Shown here: one piece after another, positions 28,875 through 40,320 of the stretch
Position numbering within the stretch: the first letter of the stretch is position 1
Layout of the letters: each line of letters starts with the position of its first letter
DNA from: Octopus vulgaris
Taxonomy: Eukaryota
Length of the DNA stretch: 64,000 nt
Reading direction: 5' to 3'
Assembly (NCBI GenBank): GCA_951406725.2
Contig: OX597823.1
Location: forward strand, 87,606,001-87,670,000
Notes under the pieces: model-generated
What the model saw: the letters and a program-made list of their open reading frames with translations, nothing else
What the model was told of the DNA's origin: nothing
The model's database searches: none
Program-made: the position numbers and the translations under genes

Positions 28875-29263
28875 TCTTTTACTTGTTCCAGTCCTTTGAC
28901 TGCGGCCATGATGGAGCACCGCATTTCATCGAGCAAATCGACCACAGGACTTATTCTTTATGAGCCTATTACTTATTCTATCGGTCTCTAAGGCCGAACC
29001 GCTAAGTTATGGTGACGTAAACACACAATCACTGATTGTCAAATGATGTTGGGTTGACAAACTCAGACACACTAACATGTATACATATATATACATATAT
29101 ATGACGGCTTCTTCCAGTTTCCGTCAACCAAATGCACTAACAAGGCTTCGATCGTTCCGAGGCTATAGTAGAAGACATTTGCTCAATGTGCCACGCAGTG
29201 AGACTGAACCCAGAACAATGTGGTTGGTAAGCAAGCTACTTACCACACAGCCACTTCTGCGCA
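28875..29263 (-). mobile_element. SINE family A
   Basis: Colinear reverse complement of family A. Confidence 0.88.
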
Positions 29264-29744
29264 TCAATAGAGAGAGAGAGAAGATGGAGAGATTCATCTC
29301 CAAATCGAATATCTAGCCTGAATAAATGCAACACAGTGTACGACAACTGAGACCTCTAAAGACTTGATAAAGAGGATAAATCAAGCAACGGTTAAGTATG
29401 TCATTCAATTAAGCCACGGTGGAATTTGTCCAAAAATTTAAAAGACACGTAAAAAGATGAAGCAAAGCACTACATCAATTGCTCGAACGATACAACATGT
29501 CTACTACACAAGTTTATTTATATAGATACCTAGTGGTAATTCTTTTCATCAATTCTGGAAGTATAAACGATAAACGTTATTTCGGTTGTTTTCTTTTTAA
29601 AAACTTGGAATACAAAGAACTTGTTCAGTTACCTAAATGTATTTTGTCTAACTCTCCACCTACTTTGGGAAGGTATTTTAGGTATACAAGATGGTCCATA
29701 TATACACTGATTAGAGATTCCAGTCTTCTTCTCTTACTTATTCG

Positions 29745-30090
29745 TTTACTTGTCTCAATCATTAGACTGCGGTCATACTGGGGCACCGCCTCGAAGAAAT
29801 TTAGTCGAACGAATTGACACCTGCACTTATTTTTTTAAACTTCTTACTTATTCTCTCGGTTTCTTTCGCCGAGACGCTAAGTTATGGGGACGTAAGCACA
29901 CTAACAACGGTTGTCACGTCGTAGTGGGGGACACACATATACACAAAAACGAAGAGCAACTGTCAGTTTATCTCTATCAATTCGACCCACAAGGCTTTGG
30001 TGGGCCCGAGACGTTTGGACCAAGGTGCCCATCAGTGGCACTGAATCCGCAACCATGTGGTTGTGAAGCAAACTTCTTGGCACATATCTT
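29745..30090 (-). mobile_element. SINE family A (older)
   Basis: Colinear, diverged. Confidence 0.8.
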
Positions 30091-31146
30091 ACACTTGTTG
30101 AATATTTGTAAATAAGTTTCCCAGTCTGAAGACAACATAAGGATAGAGATATTTCCTCTTCCTCTCACCTGTCTGGGAAACCATGGAGTTTTTCTCCAAC
30201 CCCGTCTAATTCAGAAAAAAAGCTCATTATGGTAGGTGAAAATATATTTACATAAACAAATAAAGCATTAATATGGATTTACTAAATACATTTTGCACAT
30301 CACATAGAGTAAGTAATTGAATGCATTTTACTACATATTACAGCGACTAAGACCTGAAAAGAATCGGTTGCTATATAAATATATTAAATATATTTCATTT
30401 ACCTCTAATTTTTGTATGATTTTGTATGGCTATATATTTCTGCTTATATTACATACCATTCATCATGTATCGGGTTTTATGCTTTGACTAACACGTATAC
30501 TATCCAGCATATATACATTATCACCTACAAAAGAAAATTATGAAAAAAAAAATTTGGTTGATAGAGAAATATATATGAATTATTTATTGCGTTGTTTAGT
30601 GAACGTTAATAAAATATTTTGACTTCCTAACAACTACAGGTCCTCCTGAGAGTCCAGAAAGACAAAATATTAAACAAGCCATTGAGATAAAAGCGAAAAT
30701 GCTTAATGTTTTGTAAGCTGGATGTACTGAAAGGATGGTGGTTTATTTTTGATAGTGGTGAAGTTTAACTTGCTCAGTTCAAGTGTGATGATTGGAATTA
30801 GATTAAACGATATTCAAGTGCGTTGCAAATTTTTCTTGTAGATATTTCGGATCGACGTGTGTGAAACCACACAAACACACACACACATACAAACATGTGA
30901 TTATATATATTTATGTGTATATATATACTATTGAAACTTACGTACCATGTACAGGAAACTTTTTTAACACTTCTATCCACCACTTTCCTCGAATATTGGA
31001 GCTGCAACGACAATATCTTTACATATTGTATATTTTTACTTCTACTTTCATTCTCTTATTTCCCTCTATATTCCCTATCTCATCCTTCTCCATAATAATT
31101 CCTTATTTCGACCTCAAATATCTACCTCTGTTTAACCATCTCGCAT

Positions 31147-31196
31147 CATCTCTGATGAAGGGACATCCATAATATCCCAGAAACAGCTGTAAAAAT
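31147..31196 (+). ncRNA. Minimal type I hammerhead ribozyme motif (stem I decayed)
   Basis: CUGAUGA(31152)-A-GGGA..UCCC-A-GAAAC-AGCU-GUA; intact catalytic core, palindromic ACAGCUGU stem III. Confidence 0.65.
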
Positions 31197-31294
31197 ATAT
31201 CTATAACTTTTTCCTTATAAACGTCCTGAAAACTCCTCACAGCCTTGGCTTTGTTATCTCATTTCGTCCAACATACATGTATTTATATGTATGC

Positions 31295-31382
<88 letters not shown>

Positions 31383-31506
31383 GTTGAATGAATTATCTTA
31401 GTATGGATAATTCGGTTAACCGATACCTGGGTAGCAAATTCACGTCAGAAAAACACTAAGGAAAACACTAAAAACAATAAGAATCGTCGTTCAACTCCAT
31501 TCTTTC

Positions 31507-31557
<51 letters not shown>

Positions 31558-31710
31558 ATGGGGGTTTAGTTCAAAGATGATCTAAACGATTAGGTATGGT
31601 AACGGATTACTAGTGCTCCAAGGTTATCACCGAGACAGTGGTTATGAAGCCATTTCAAATTTCCGATGCAGCGGATATATAATTGTTAAAGAGGACAACA
31701 AACATTAAGG

Positions 31711-32365
31711 GAAAGCAAACATCTCAAGTCGTATACAATATTAAGACTGGAAAATATTTAAAGTTTTACAGCTGTTTCCTGGATATCTCCGAGTATGGGA
31801 TATTCCGTCATCAGAGACAAATAGGGAAAATGAGAATGGTATATATTAATAAGATGACGGCATAGAGGTAGGGAGTAAAAGAATAAGGAAATGGAAAGAA
31901 AGAAGAAAAAAGCATTAGAATTTCATACTTCAACTTCCGAAGTTATTGAAGCAAAAGCATAAATCCTTAGCTGCAATCCAGCGTAGATCCATGAGCGTAA
32001 CTCTTTAGATGCAACCCTGCGTGGATCTATGTGGATTAAAATCCTTATATAGTAGGCATTCAAAGAAAAAAGACGCGAAAATATCAACGTCCAATAACAG
32101 AATGGTAGCGGAGGTGGCTATTAGGTGGTAAACGGAAGGAAAAGGAAAGGAATAGAGAGGAAGATAGAGTGAGGTGGGGATTTAAGGATTGGCTATAGGA
32201 TAAGGTAAGGTGTATAGGTAGGTGCATGGTGTCTAAGAATTGTGTACCTTTCCCTATTTGTCTATGATAACGAATATCACATGCTCGGGATATCCCAGAA
32301 ACAGCAGTAAGACTTAATTATTTTTCAATAATAATATTGTATAAGACTTGAGATATTTGCCTTGC
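31711..32365. mobile_element. Penelope-like non-autonomous element with inverted, ribozyme-bearing ~115 bp arms
   Basis: 31711-31830 is the diverged reverse complement of 32249-32365 (TTTCCCTATTTGTCT...AATATTGTATA.GACTTGAGAT.TTTGC); each arm carries a hammerhead motif, and the right one has a mutated core. Confidence 0.7.
31763..31818 (-). ncRNA. Minimal type I hammerhead ribozyme motif in the left arm of an inverted repeat
   Basis: Minus strand GUCU-CUGAUGA-CGGAAUAUC..GAUAUCCAG-GAAAC-AGCU-GUA-AAAC. Confidence 0.7.
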
Positions 32366-32444
32366 ATTAATGCCTGTTGTCCTCTTTAACAATTACAGAC
32401 ACACGCACGCACACGCATACACACACACACACACACACACACAT

Positions 32445-32489
<45 letters not shown>

Positions 32490-32562
32490 CAAGTATACAT
32501 ATATACATATATAAGTAAATGAAAGAATGGAGTCGAACGAAGATTTTAACAAAATTCCTTTA

Positions 32563-32645
32563 CTCTCAACACATGTTTCGAAGACTGCATACTCTTAATT
32601 CCGAAGGAATAAAGGGGGCATTATGCCGTCTTCTCATCAGGAAAG
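32563..32645 (-). ncRNA. Type I hammerhead ribozyme with long stem II
   Basis: Minus strand CUUUC-CUGAUGA-GAAGAC(G)GCAUA...UAUGC(A)GUCUUC-GAAAC-AUGU-GUU-GAGAG; all three stems pair and the core is intact. Confidence 0.8.
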
Positions 32646-33069
32646 ACAAGGAACCTCTATCAGCCTCAAGACGAACAAAATTTTTTTTATGACTGCCTAC
32701 ATGGTGTCCACAATGGTAATGAGCGTTTTTTTTAAAAATCCGTTATAAGCAATGACGTCAAAATTGGTTGGAAGTGGGAAGTTCTGAAAATAAGAAGGGG
32801 ACAGTATGTATGCTGTATGTATGGGGATGCGCGGGTGTTTGCTCTTGTTAATGAGTTTGATTGTTTATGTGTGTGTATGAGTGTGTGTATATAACTGCAT
32901 TTGTGTCTATGTGTGTGTGTGTGTAATTGTGTGTGTGGTGGGGACAATTGTCAAATATATTTAGTAGTGAGGTGACAAATTTGTGTCTGTGTGTTTGATT
33001 GAGCGTATGATAGAGAGAGAGAGAGAGAGGGGGAGAGGTAGAGAGGAAGAGATAAACATACCCCAGTGA

Positions 33070-33480
33070 TATTTAGTAGCATTGTTTCATGCAACGGAGT
33101 AGACATAAAAGAATTTGTCTATGTCAGTGGTGTAGACGTGAAACTAATTATTAAAACCAAAGAGGTTATCTATATTATCTATCATTCATATGAGTGGAAA
33201 GTGTGTTGTTGCCAATGCTTACATTTATATGATTTTTCTATTAATGTGTTAACCAACGGGAACTTGGCGAAAAGGATATAGAAGAGTTCGGAATTAGAAA
33301 TGCCACAATATTTCCTGCCCTTATCAAAATTTTATCCCTAATTAGTGGTTTGGACTTTAGCTGTTCCTTCCAGCGTAAGGAAGTCCTATGACGGACACCT
33401 CTTATGTGTTTAAATGTACACTGTATGGTGAGCATGATTACTACAGGAGTAAGAGTAAGGTCTGCGTCCAAATGACTATG
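33070..33480 (-). mobile_element. Decayed GIY-YIG endonuclease relic of a Penelope-like element
   Basis: ORF 33241-33471 VVIMLTIQCTFKHIRGVRHRTSLRWKEQL resembles the PLE GIY-YIG pattern VVY.I.C..C...YIG.T.R.L..R..EH; lies upstream of the 32563-32645 hammerhead on the same strand. Confidence 0.5.
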
Positions 33481-33526
33481 TTTTCTAGATTCCAGCTGAA
33501 GGCTAAACGTCTAGTATAGAGTAGAC

Positions 33527-33780
33527 AAATGATTCCCAAAGTGTTCCGTGGAAAGATACAACGGGGCGTTGAAGAAAAGTGGGGCAATAATGGTGTGACC
33601 AAAAAGGGGAGATTAACGTAAGAAGACCGAAATAATAGATTAGATCATATTGTATTTGTGAAATACAGTTTATTTGTCTCAGAAACTGGTCTGTGTTTGT
33701 ACTGGTAAGTAGAGGCGGGTGCTAGGAATGTGGCCGGGATGCCAAGAGGGTGGCAACTCGACAAAGCTTGGGAACTCCTG
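33527..33780. mobile_element. hAT (Charlie-like) MITE
   Basis: 8-bp TSD GAGTAGAC at 33519-33526 and 33781-33788; imperfect TIRs AAATGATTCCCAAA / CTTGGGAACTCCTG. Confidence 0.7.
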
Positions 33781-34169
33781 GAGTAGACCAATCAAATTCT
33801 ATCTTAATGCGCCGGAAAAAAGTAACCATGAAAATGTAAATGATGAGTCGACACACGCCTTCATAACTACAGTTGTATAACGAATATAATTAATAGAACG
33901 AAACAAACTGGATATTTTCTCATGTTTTGCTTTATTAAAACCAAAACAAAAGAACATATCCATTATGTAATGGAAATAACCGAAGGGGAAGAAATAAATA
34001 CACATTTTATGTAAATGAATGATTGTTTCAAAACGTAGTTTTCAGACGTCTGTGTTAGTTGAAGTATTAAGCAATGAACTGAGGTCATTAATGCAGCGCC
34101 GCTTTAACGTTTATGGAACATTATTAATTTCAAATGTGCTTCATTAATTTATTCAAATACTGGTCTGAA

Positions 34170-34305
34170 GCATCTTCACCGCCATCATCATCCTCATCGT
34201 CATCTTCACCAAGATGATGATAATTATCATAACCATTTCTATCGTCATCTTCAACACCAAGATAATCGCCGCTGTCATCATTCTATTTACTGTATTAGCA
34301 TCGGT

Positions 34306-34336
<31 letters not shown>

Positions 34337-34905
34337 CCATCATCATCATCATAATCATCATCAACACCATCATCATCATCATCATCATCATCACCACCAT
34401 CATCATCATCAGCCACATCATCATCATCATCATCATCATCATCGTCGTCGTCGTCGTCGTCATCATCATCATCATCATCATCATCAGCATCATCACCACC
34501 ACCACCACCACCACGTCCACCACCACCACTACCACCACCATCATCATCACCATCATCATCGTCATCATCATCATCATCACCACCACCACCATCACCACCA
34601 CCACCACCACCACCACCACCACCACCACCACGTCCACCACCACTACCACCACCGCCACCACCACCACCATCATCATCATCATAGTCATCGTTCTATTTAC
34701 TGTATTAGCATCATGTCTATCGTCATCATCATCATCATCGTCATCATCATTATGACCAATATCATCGCCATAGTCATCCTATTCAATTTCATCGCTAGCA
34801 TTCTTTTCGTCATCATTGTCATTTCTCAATTCGCAGAATCATCATGATCGTCTTCATCATTATCCTCCCATGTCTTCATCGTCATCATCATCATCCTTAT
34901 CATCA
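34170..34905. repeat. (CAT)n/(CAC)n trinucleotide low-complexity tract
   Basis: Directly visible. Confidence 0.95.
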
Positions 34906-35664
34906 CGATAAAATTTTCTACCTACAAACACAGCAGAAAATTCTGCATATGAAAGATAAAATAAAATAAAGAGTAAAAAGAAACAGTAAAACAAAATATC
35001 CGACATCTAGTTTAGCATTAGCAGTGACACTTAACATTAGTGGTGTAGTAATCAAAAATAGTCGATAAATTGTGAACGGTCATCGATGTGATTGGGGGGA
35101 CGGGTCAGAGCAATTATTTTAAAAGAAATTATTGAATGCTAATGTTCAATTTCTTTGCGATACATGATTAGCCAATAAATTAGATTATTTTTTCTCAGAC
35201 ATCATTAAGCTACTATCTAAAAGTGGTTTGGAATTAATATGTTTTGTGCGTATGTGTGTGTGTGTACGTGCGTGTGTCTGTGAAGTCCATGGGTATTATT
35301 TTTCTAAAGCAGGATGGGTAATTTATGCGTATATTTTTTTCCATTCCAAAGAGTCTGGGAAATAATTTCTCTGTTTGGTAATAGTATTGTATGGTTCAAG
35401 ATTAACTTTCACTTAATTTTTGGTATTTTCTACGTTTCGTTGTTTGATTGGATGATCGCGGTGATAGACACCTTGCAATAATGTTGTTTTTTTTTTTTGT
35501 AAATATATATTTTCTTCAATAGATAGAGAGAAATCTATTAAGATTCTCTTTTCCTTTCATAAGTTAAGAAACGTAGTTATATTCTTAGAATTATATAAAT
35601 ATATAATGGAGCAAGAAACATTCCGGTGAGCAACGTTTTACTAGAAACACGAGTATTATTATTA

Positions 35665-36390
35665 GCGGCGAGCTGGTAGAATTGTTAGTACGCCGGGGGA
35701 TATGCTTGGCGGCATTTCGGCCATTTTCACGTTCCGCCGAGGTTGACTTTACCTTTTATTCGTCTGAGTTCGAGAAAACGGTCAAACTAAAGGGTTTGAC
35801 CCAAGCCAAAACAAAAAAGGAAGAAACAAGATAGTGTAATAGGTGTAAAACAACTTGCTCTAAACGAATATGAAAAGCAATGCACGCTCGCGAACGGAGG
35901 TTGGGGGAGAGGACTCAGAAAGTGTTCACATCATGTTCCTAGTCGTCTCACCAGAGCCAAAAACTGTTAGGTTTAAAACAACTTGCTCTAAACGAATATG
36001 AAAAACATGCGCGCTGGGAAACGGGGTGTGGGGTAGATAACTCGGAAAATTCACATTTTAATTCATATTCGTTTTTTACATGTTGTTGTACAGCTATTAG
36101 ACTATTATTTTTTTTTTTTGCTCGGGTCAAACTCTAGAGTTTAAAGGTCATGGTCTGATGATGTGAATTTTCCGAGTCCTCTCCCCAACCCCTGTTCGCG
36201 AGCGCGCATTTTTTTTCATATTCGTTTACAGCAAGTTGTTTTACTTCTATTATTTAAATTTCTTATTTTTTTGCTCGAGTCAAACCCTTCAGTTTGACCG
36301 ATAAAACAAGTACCATTCGAGCACTGGGGTCAGCGTATTCGACTTACCTTTTCCTTTAAATTTTTGGCCTTGTGCCAAAATTGGAAATCA
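35665..36390 (+). mobile_element. SINE family C split by a foldback MITE
   Basis: Head and core at 35665-35779; continuation GATAAAACAAGTACC..CACTGGGGTC at 36300-36390. Confidence 0.75.
35780..36299. mobile_element. Long-TIR foldback MITE (Merlin- or Mutator-like)
   Basis: Termini GGTCAAACTAAAGGGTTTGAC / GTCAAACCCTTCAGTTTGACC; ~150-bp imperfect inverted arms; 8-bp TSD GAGAAAAC/GATAAAAC. Confidence 0.75.
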
Positions 36391-36404
36391 ATATAATCAT
36401 TATA

Positions 36405-36617
36405 AAGGCAACATGCTTGAAGAATCGTTAGCACACGAGGCAAAATACTGAGGGGCATTTCGTCCGCCCTTACTTTCTGAGTTCAAATTCTGCTGAGGTC
36501 GACTTTGCATTTCATTCTTACTGGGTGGATGAAATGAGTACCAGTTAAGTATTGGTATCGATGTAATTGATTTATTGCATCCTACGAAATTGCTGGCATT
36601 GTCCCAAAATTTGAAAC

Positions 36618-36618
<1 letters not shown>
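36405..36618 (+). mobile_element. SINE family C ending in the (ATT)n tract
   Basis: Family C head and core, tail GCATTGTCCCAAAATTTGAAACC. Confidence 0.8.
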
Positions 36619-36698
<80 letters not shown>

Positions 36699-36699
<1 letters not shown>

Positions 36700-37733
36700 T
36701 TTCTTCTTCTTTCAAATTTGCTTCCATTTTCTTGCCGAGTGTCTTCCCGACTCCTAGGGCAAAGAAACTCATAGTATACATTGGTAGGCCATTAAACCAA
36801 ACTCAGTAGTTCGTTCATTTTTTTTTTTTTAAGTTAAATTAAAATACATGAGCAGCAACAGTTCTCACATCGACAATGCTCTTCTCAATACGTGTGATGT
36901 ACCAATTAAGACAATCTTTTGCACTTCTTGCAGGGATGGTAAGCCAGGGATCATTCTCATATAATTTTCGGTTCCCTTCTTGATCATTCCTAGTGCTCCT
37001 ACGATCACTGGTATTGTAACCGCCTTGAGATGCCACATTTTCTCAATTTCAATGAGTAGGTCTTTATATTTTCTGAGCTTGTCAAACTCTTTCGCTGAGA
37101 TATTATGATCACAGGGGATGCTCATGTCGATCAATAAGCAAACTTTATTGTTTTGGTCTTTCACAACAATATCTGGTTTATTGACCTTGAGCAGCCAGGA
37201 TGAAACCTTCGCTCTCTGCTTTTAGCCCTGAGCTCCGTAGCCACTGATGGGTTTGCTTCTGGTCAACATCAGCTTGTTTGCTGCGGGTCACATATTTGCC
37301 GTGCAGAGGTTTCTCCACCCACCTATCAGCCAGTTGCTCGTGCGCTTTTTTCATTGCCATCATTTTCACCTTCTTTGCAACAATAGTTGCCGTACTTCCC
37401 TCGGGTTGTTCAGTTTGGGTATCCTGCACGAGATCAATAGCAAATTTTTTGCTTTCATTTATTATAGAATGAAGCTTCTTTCGTCTCTCGTGATTTTTCA
37501 CGAGCTTTAGCATCCAGTCATTCGATATTTCGAGATATTTGGCCAGTCCAATTGTGGTTGTTTTGTAAGCTAGTTCAAATTGGATCAGGCCTCGACCTCC
37601 TTGGGCTCTGGGAAGGTAAAGGCGATCTACGTCTGCCTTTGGGTGGTGCATCCTATTACAACTCAGCAGCTTGCGTATTTTCCTATCTATATTCTTTACT
37701 TCACTCATATTCCAGTTCAGCACATTGTAGCTA
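36699..37733 (-). mobile_element. R4/Dong-clade non-LTR retrotransposon 3' fragment (subfamily 1, internally deleted)
   Basis: ORFs 37178-37723 (HHPKADVDRLYLPRAQGGRGL, KPLHGKY, LKAESEGFILAAQ) and 36865-37164 (LLIDMSIP..N...KEFDKLRKYKDL; IPVIVGALG), preceded by KPDIVV; flanked by (ATT)n. Confidence 0.9.
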
Positions 37734-37767
<34 letters not shown>

Positions 37768-37770
<3 letters not shown>

Positions 37771-39238
37771 TAGTTTTATTTTTATTTTTATAGCGTGCTT
37801 TCACTTCACTACCGAGCGCAGCTCTGTGTGCCTTGGGTATGTGCTGTGATTTGTTGTGATGGTTATTGTATGGAAAGTGTTCTGCGTAGGATGTGTGCAG
37901 TGCCTAGTAGTGCAATTTTCTGTATGTTATATGTGTTTGTAAGTCCTGGTGTTTTTGTTATGTATTTGTCTGAATATTTTTTTATCATGCCTAATGCACC
38001 TACTATGATAGGAATTGTTTCTGTTTTCAGATTCCACATTCTAGTTACCTCTATTTCCAGGTCTTTGTATTTTGAGAGTTTCTCCATTTCTTTTAGAGAC
38101 ACGTTGTCATCTGCCGGTACTGATACATCAATTAGAAAGCATTTTTTTCTTCATGGTCTCTGACAACTATATCTGGTCTGTTGGCCTTAATTTCTCTATC
38201 TGTGTGTATCGGCATATCCCAGAGTATGGTTGCTTTCTCGTTTTCTGTGACCTTTTCTGGTGTGTGCCTATACCATCTTTTTTCTGTTGTTATTCCATAA
38301 TGTTGGCATAGCTTCCAATGTATGTAAGTTCCAACTCTGTCATGTCTGTGAATATATTCCTTCTTAGCCAGGACTGGGCAGCTAGAGATAATATGATTTA
38401 TTGTTTCTGGTCCATCTCCACATATTCTGCAGTTACTTGTAATATTTCTTTTCATTACATGTTTTTGGTAATTTCTGGTGGGGAGGCTTTGGTCTTGTGC
38501 TGCAATTAAAAATCCCTCTGTTTCTGCTTTGAGTCCTGAGCTTCTCAACCATTGCTGGGATTTTTCTTTGTCTATTTCTTTTGCGTTTAGTTTAGTCCAG
38601 TATTTACCATGAAGGGGCTTTTCTTGCCATCGTTTTATCATGGTTCGTTGCTGTTCTATTTTTAGTTTGGATTTCATTTTTTTTATAGCTTTTGTTGTTT
38701 CTTCATCTTCTTCTTCTTCATGTTTATTAGGTGGTATGATTTCTTGTTTGTATTTGTCAGCTTCCTTAAATACTGAGAACAGTTTTTTGTTTTGCTCGTG
38801 TTTTGCCGCTATCTGGATCAGTTTTCCTTCCTTCTGAAGTAGATATTTTTGCAGTCCTATGGTGGTTATTTTATAGTAGTTTTCCAGCTGTATAAGGCCT
38901 CTACCACCTTCTATACGTTGTATATATAGTCTTTCTATGTCAGATTTTGGGTGATGCATCCTAGATCCTGTCATTATTTTTCTTGTTTTCCTGTCTATTT
39001 TGGTCAGTTCATTTCGTGTCCAGTTAAGGATATTGTAGCTGTAACTTATAACTGGGACAGCTAAAGTGTTGATACCTATTATCTTGTTTTTAGCATTGAG
39101 CTCTGTGTTTAGTATTGATCTAACTCGTCTATAATATTCTTTTTTTATTTTCTCTTTCATTTGTGTGTGTTGTGTCTTATCTAGTTCATGGACTCCTAAG
39201 TATTTGTAAGTTTGGCTTTGGTCTAATTCTTTTATTTC
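37768..39238 (-). mobile_element. R4/Dong-clade non-LTR retrotransposon 3' fragment (subfamily 2): RT C-terminus, CCHC knuckle and RLE endonuclease, one frameshift
   Basis: YKYLG upstream of ORF 38132-39160; CRICGDGPETINHIISSC, RHDRV, RPDIVV; ORF 37863-38102 KEMEKLSKYKDL; (ATT)n on both sides. Confidence 0.93.
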
Positions 39239-39239
39239 A

Positions 39240-39305
<66 letters not shown>

Positions 39306-39410
39306 CATCATCATTATTATTATTATTATTATAATTATTATTATTATTATCATTATCATTATTATCATTATTATCATTATTATCATTATCATTATTACTA
39401 TTATTATAAA

Positions 39411-39485
<75 letters not shown>

Positions 39486-39549
39486 CATATCATTATTATT
39501 ATTATTATCATTATTATTATTATTATCATTATTATTATTATTAATATTA

Positions 39550-39615
<66 letters not shown>
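39239..39615. repeat. (ATT)n/(TAA)n microsatellite between Dong insertions
   Basis: Directly visible. Confidence 0.95.
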
Positions 39616-39616
<1 letters not shown>

Positions 39617-39988
39617 GTTTTATTTTTATAGCGTGCTTTCACTTCACTACCGAGCGCAGCTCTGTGTGCCTTGGGTATGTGCTGTGATTTGTTGTGATGC
39701 TCTGATGGTTATTGTATGGAAAGTGTTCTGCGTAGGATGTGTGCAGTGCCTAGTAGTGCAATTTTCTGTATGTTATATGTGTTTGTAAGTCCTGGTGTTT
39801 TTGTTATGTATTTGTCTGAATATTTTTTTATCATGCCTAATGCACCTACTATGATAGGAATTGTTTCTGTTTTCAGATTCCACATTCTAGTTACCTCTAT
39901 TTCCAGGTCTTTGTATTTTGAGAGTTTCTCCATTTCTTTTAGAGACACGTTGTCATCTGCCGGTATTGATACATCAATTAGAAAGCAT
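39616..39988 (-). mobile_element. Short 3' fragment of Dong subfamily 2
   Basis: Nearly identical to ~37780-38142 (FLIDVSIPADDNVSLKEMEKLSKYKDL..., same 3' UTR); flanked by (ATT)n. Confidence 0.93.
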
Positions 39989-40022
39989 TTTATTATTATT
40001 ATCATTATCATTATTATTATTA

Positions 40023-40056
<34 letters not shown>

Positions 40057-40117
40057 CATTATTATTATTATTATTATTGTTGTTACCATTATTATTATTA
40101 TTATCATTATTATTATA

Positions 40118-40320
40118 TGGCAGAATCGTGACCGCGCCGGGCAAAATGCTTTGCGGCATTTCCTTGGTCCTGACATTTTGATTTCAAATTCCGCCGAGAT
40201 CGACTTTTTCCTCCATCTTTTTGTAGTGGTTCAAATAATCAGTACTTGATTACCACGGTCGATGTAATCGACTAGTTTCCTCGCCTTAAAATTGCTGGGC
40301 TTGCTCCAGGATTTGAAACC
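40118..40320 (+). mobile_element. SINE family C (diverged)
   Basis: TGGCAGAATCG..GGGCAAAATGC..TTCAAATTCCGCCGAGATCGACTTT. Confidence 0.75.
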
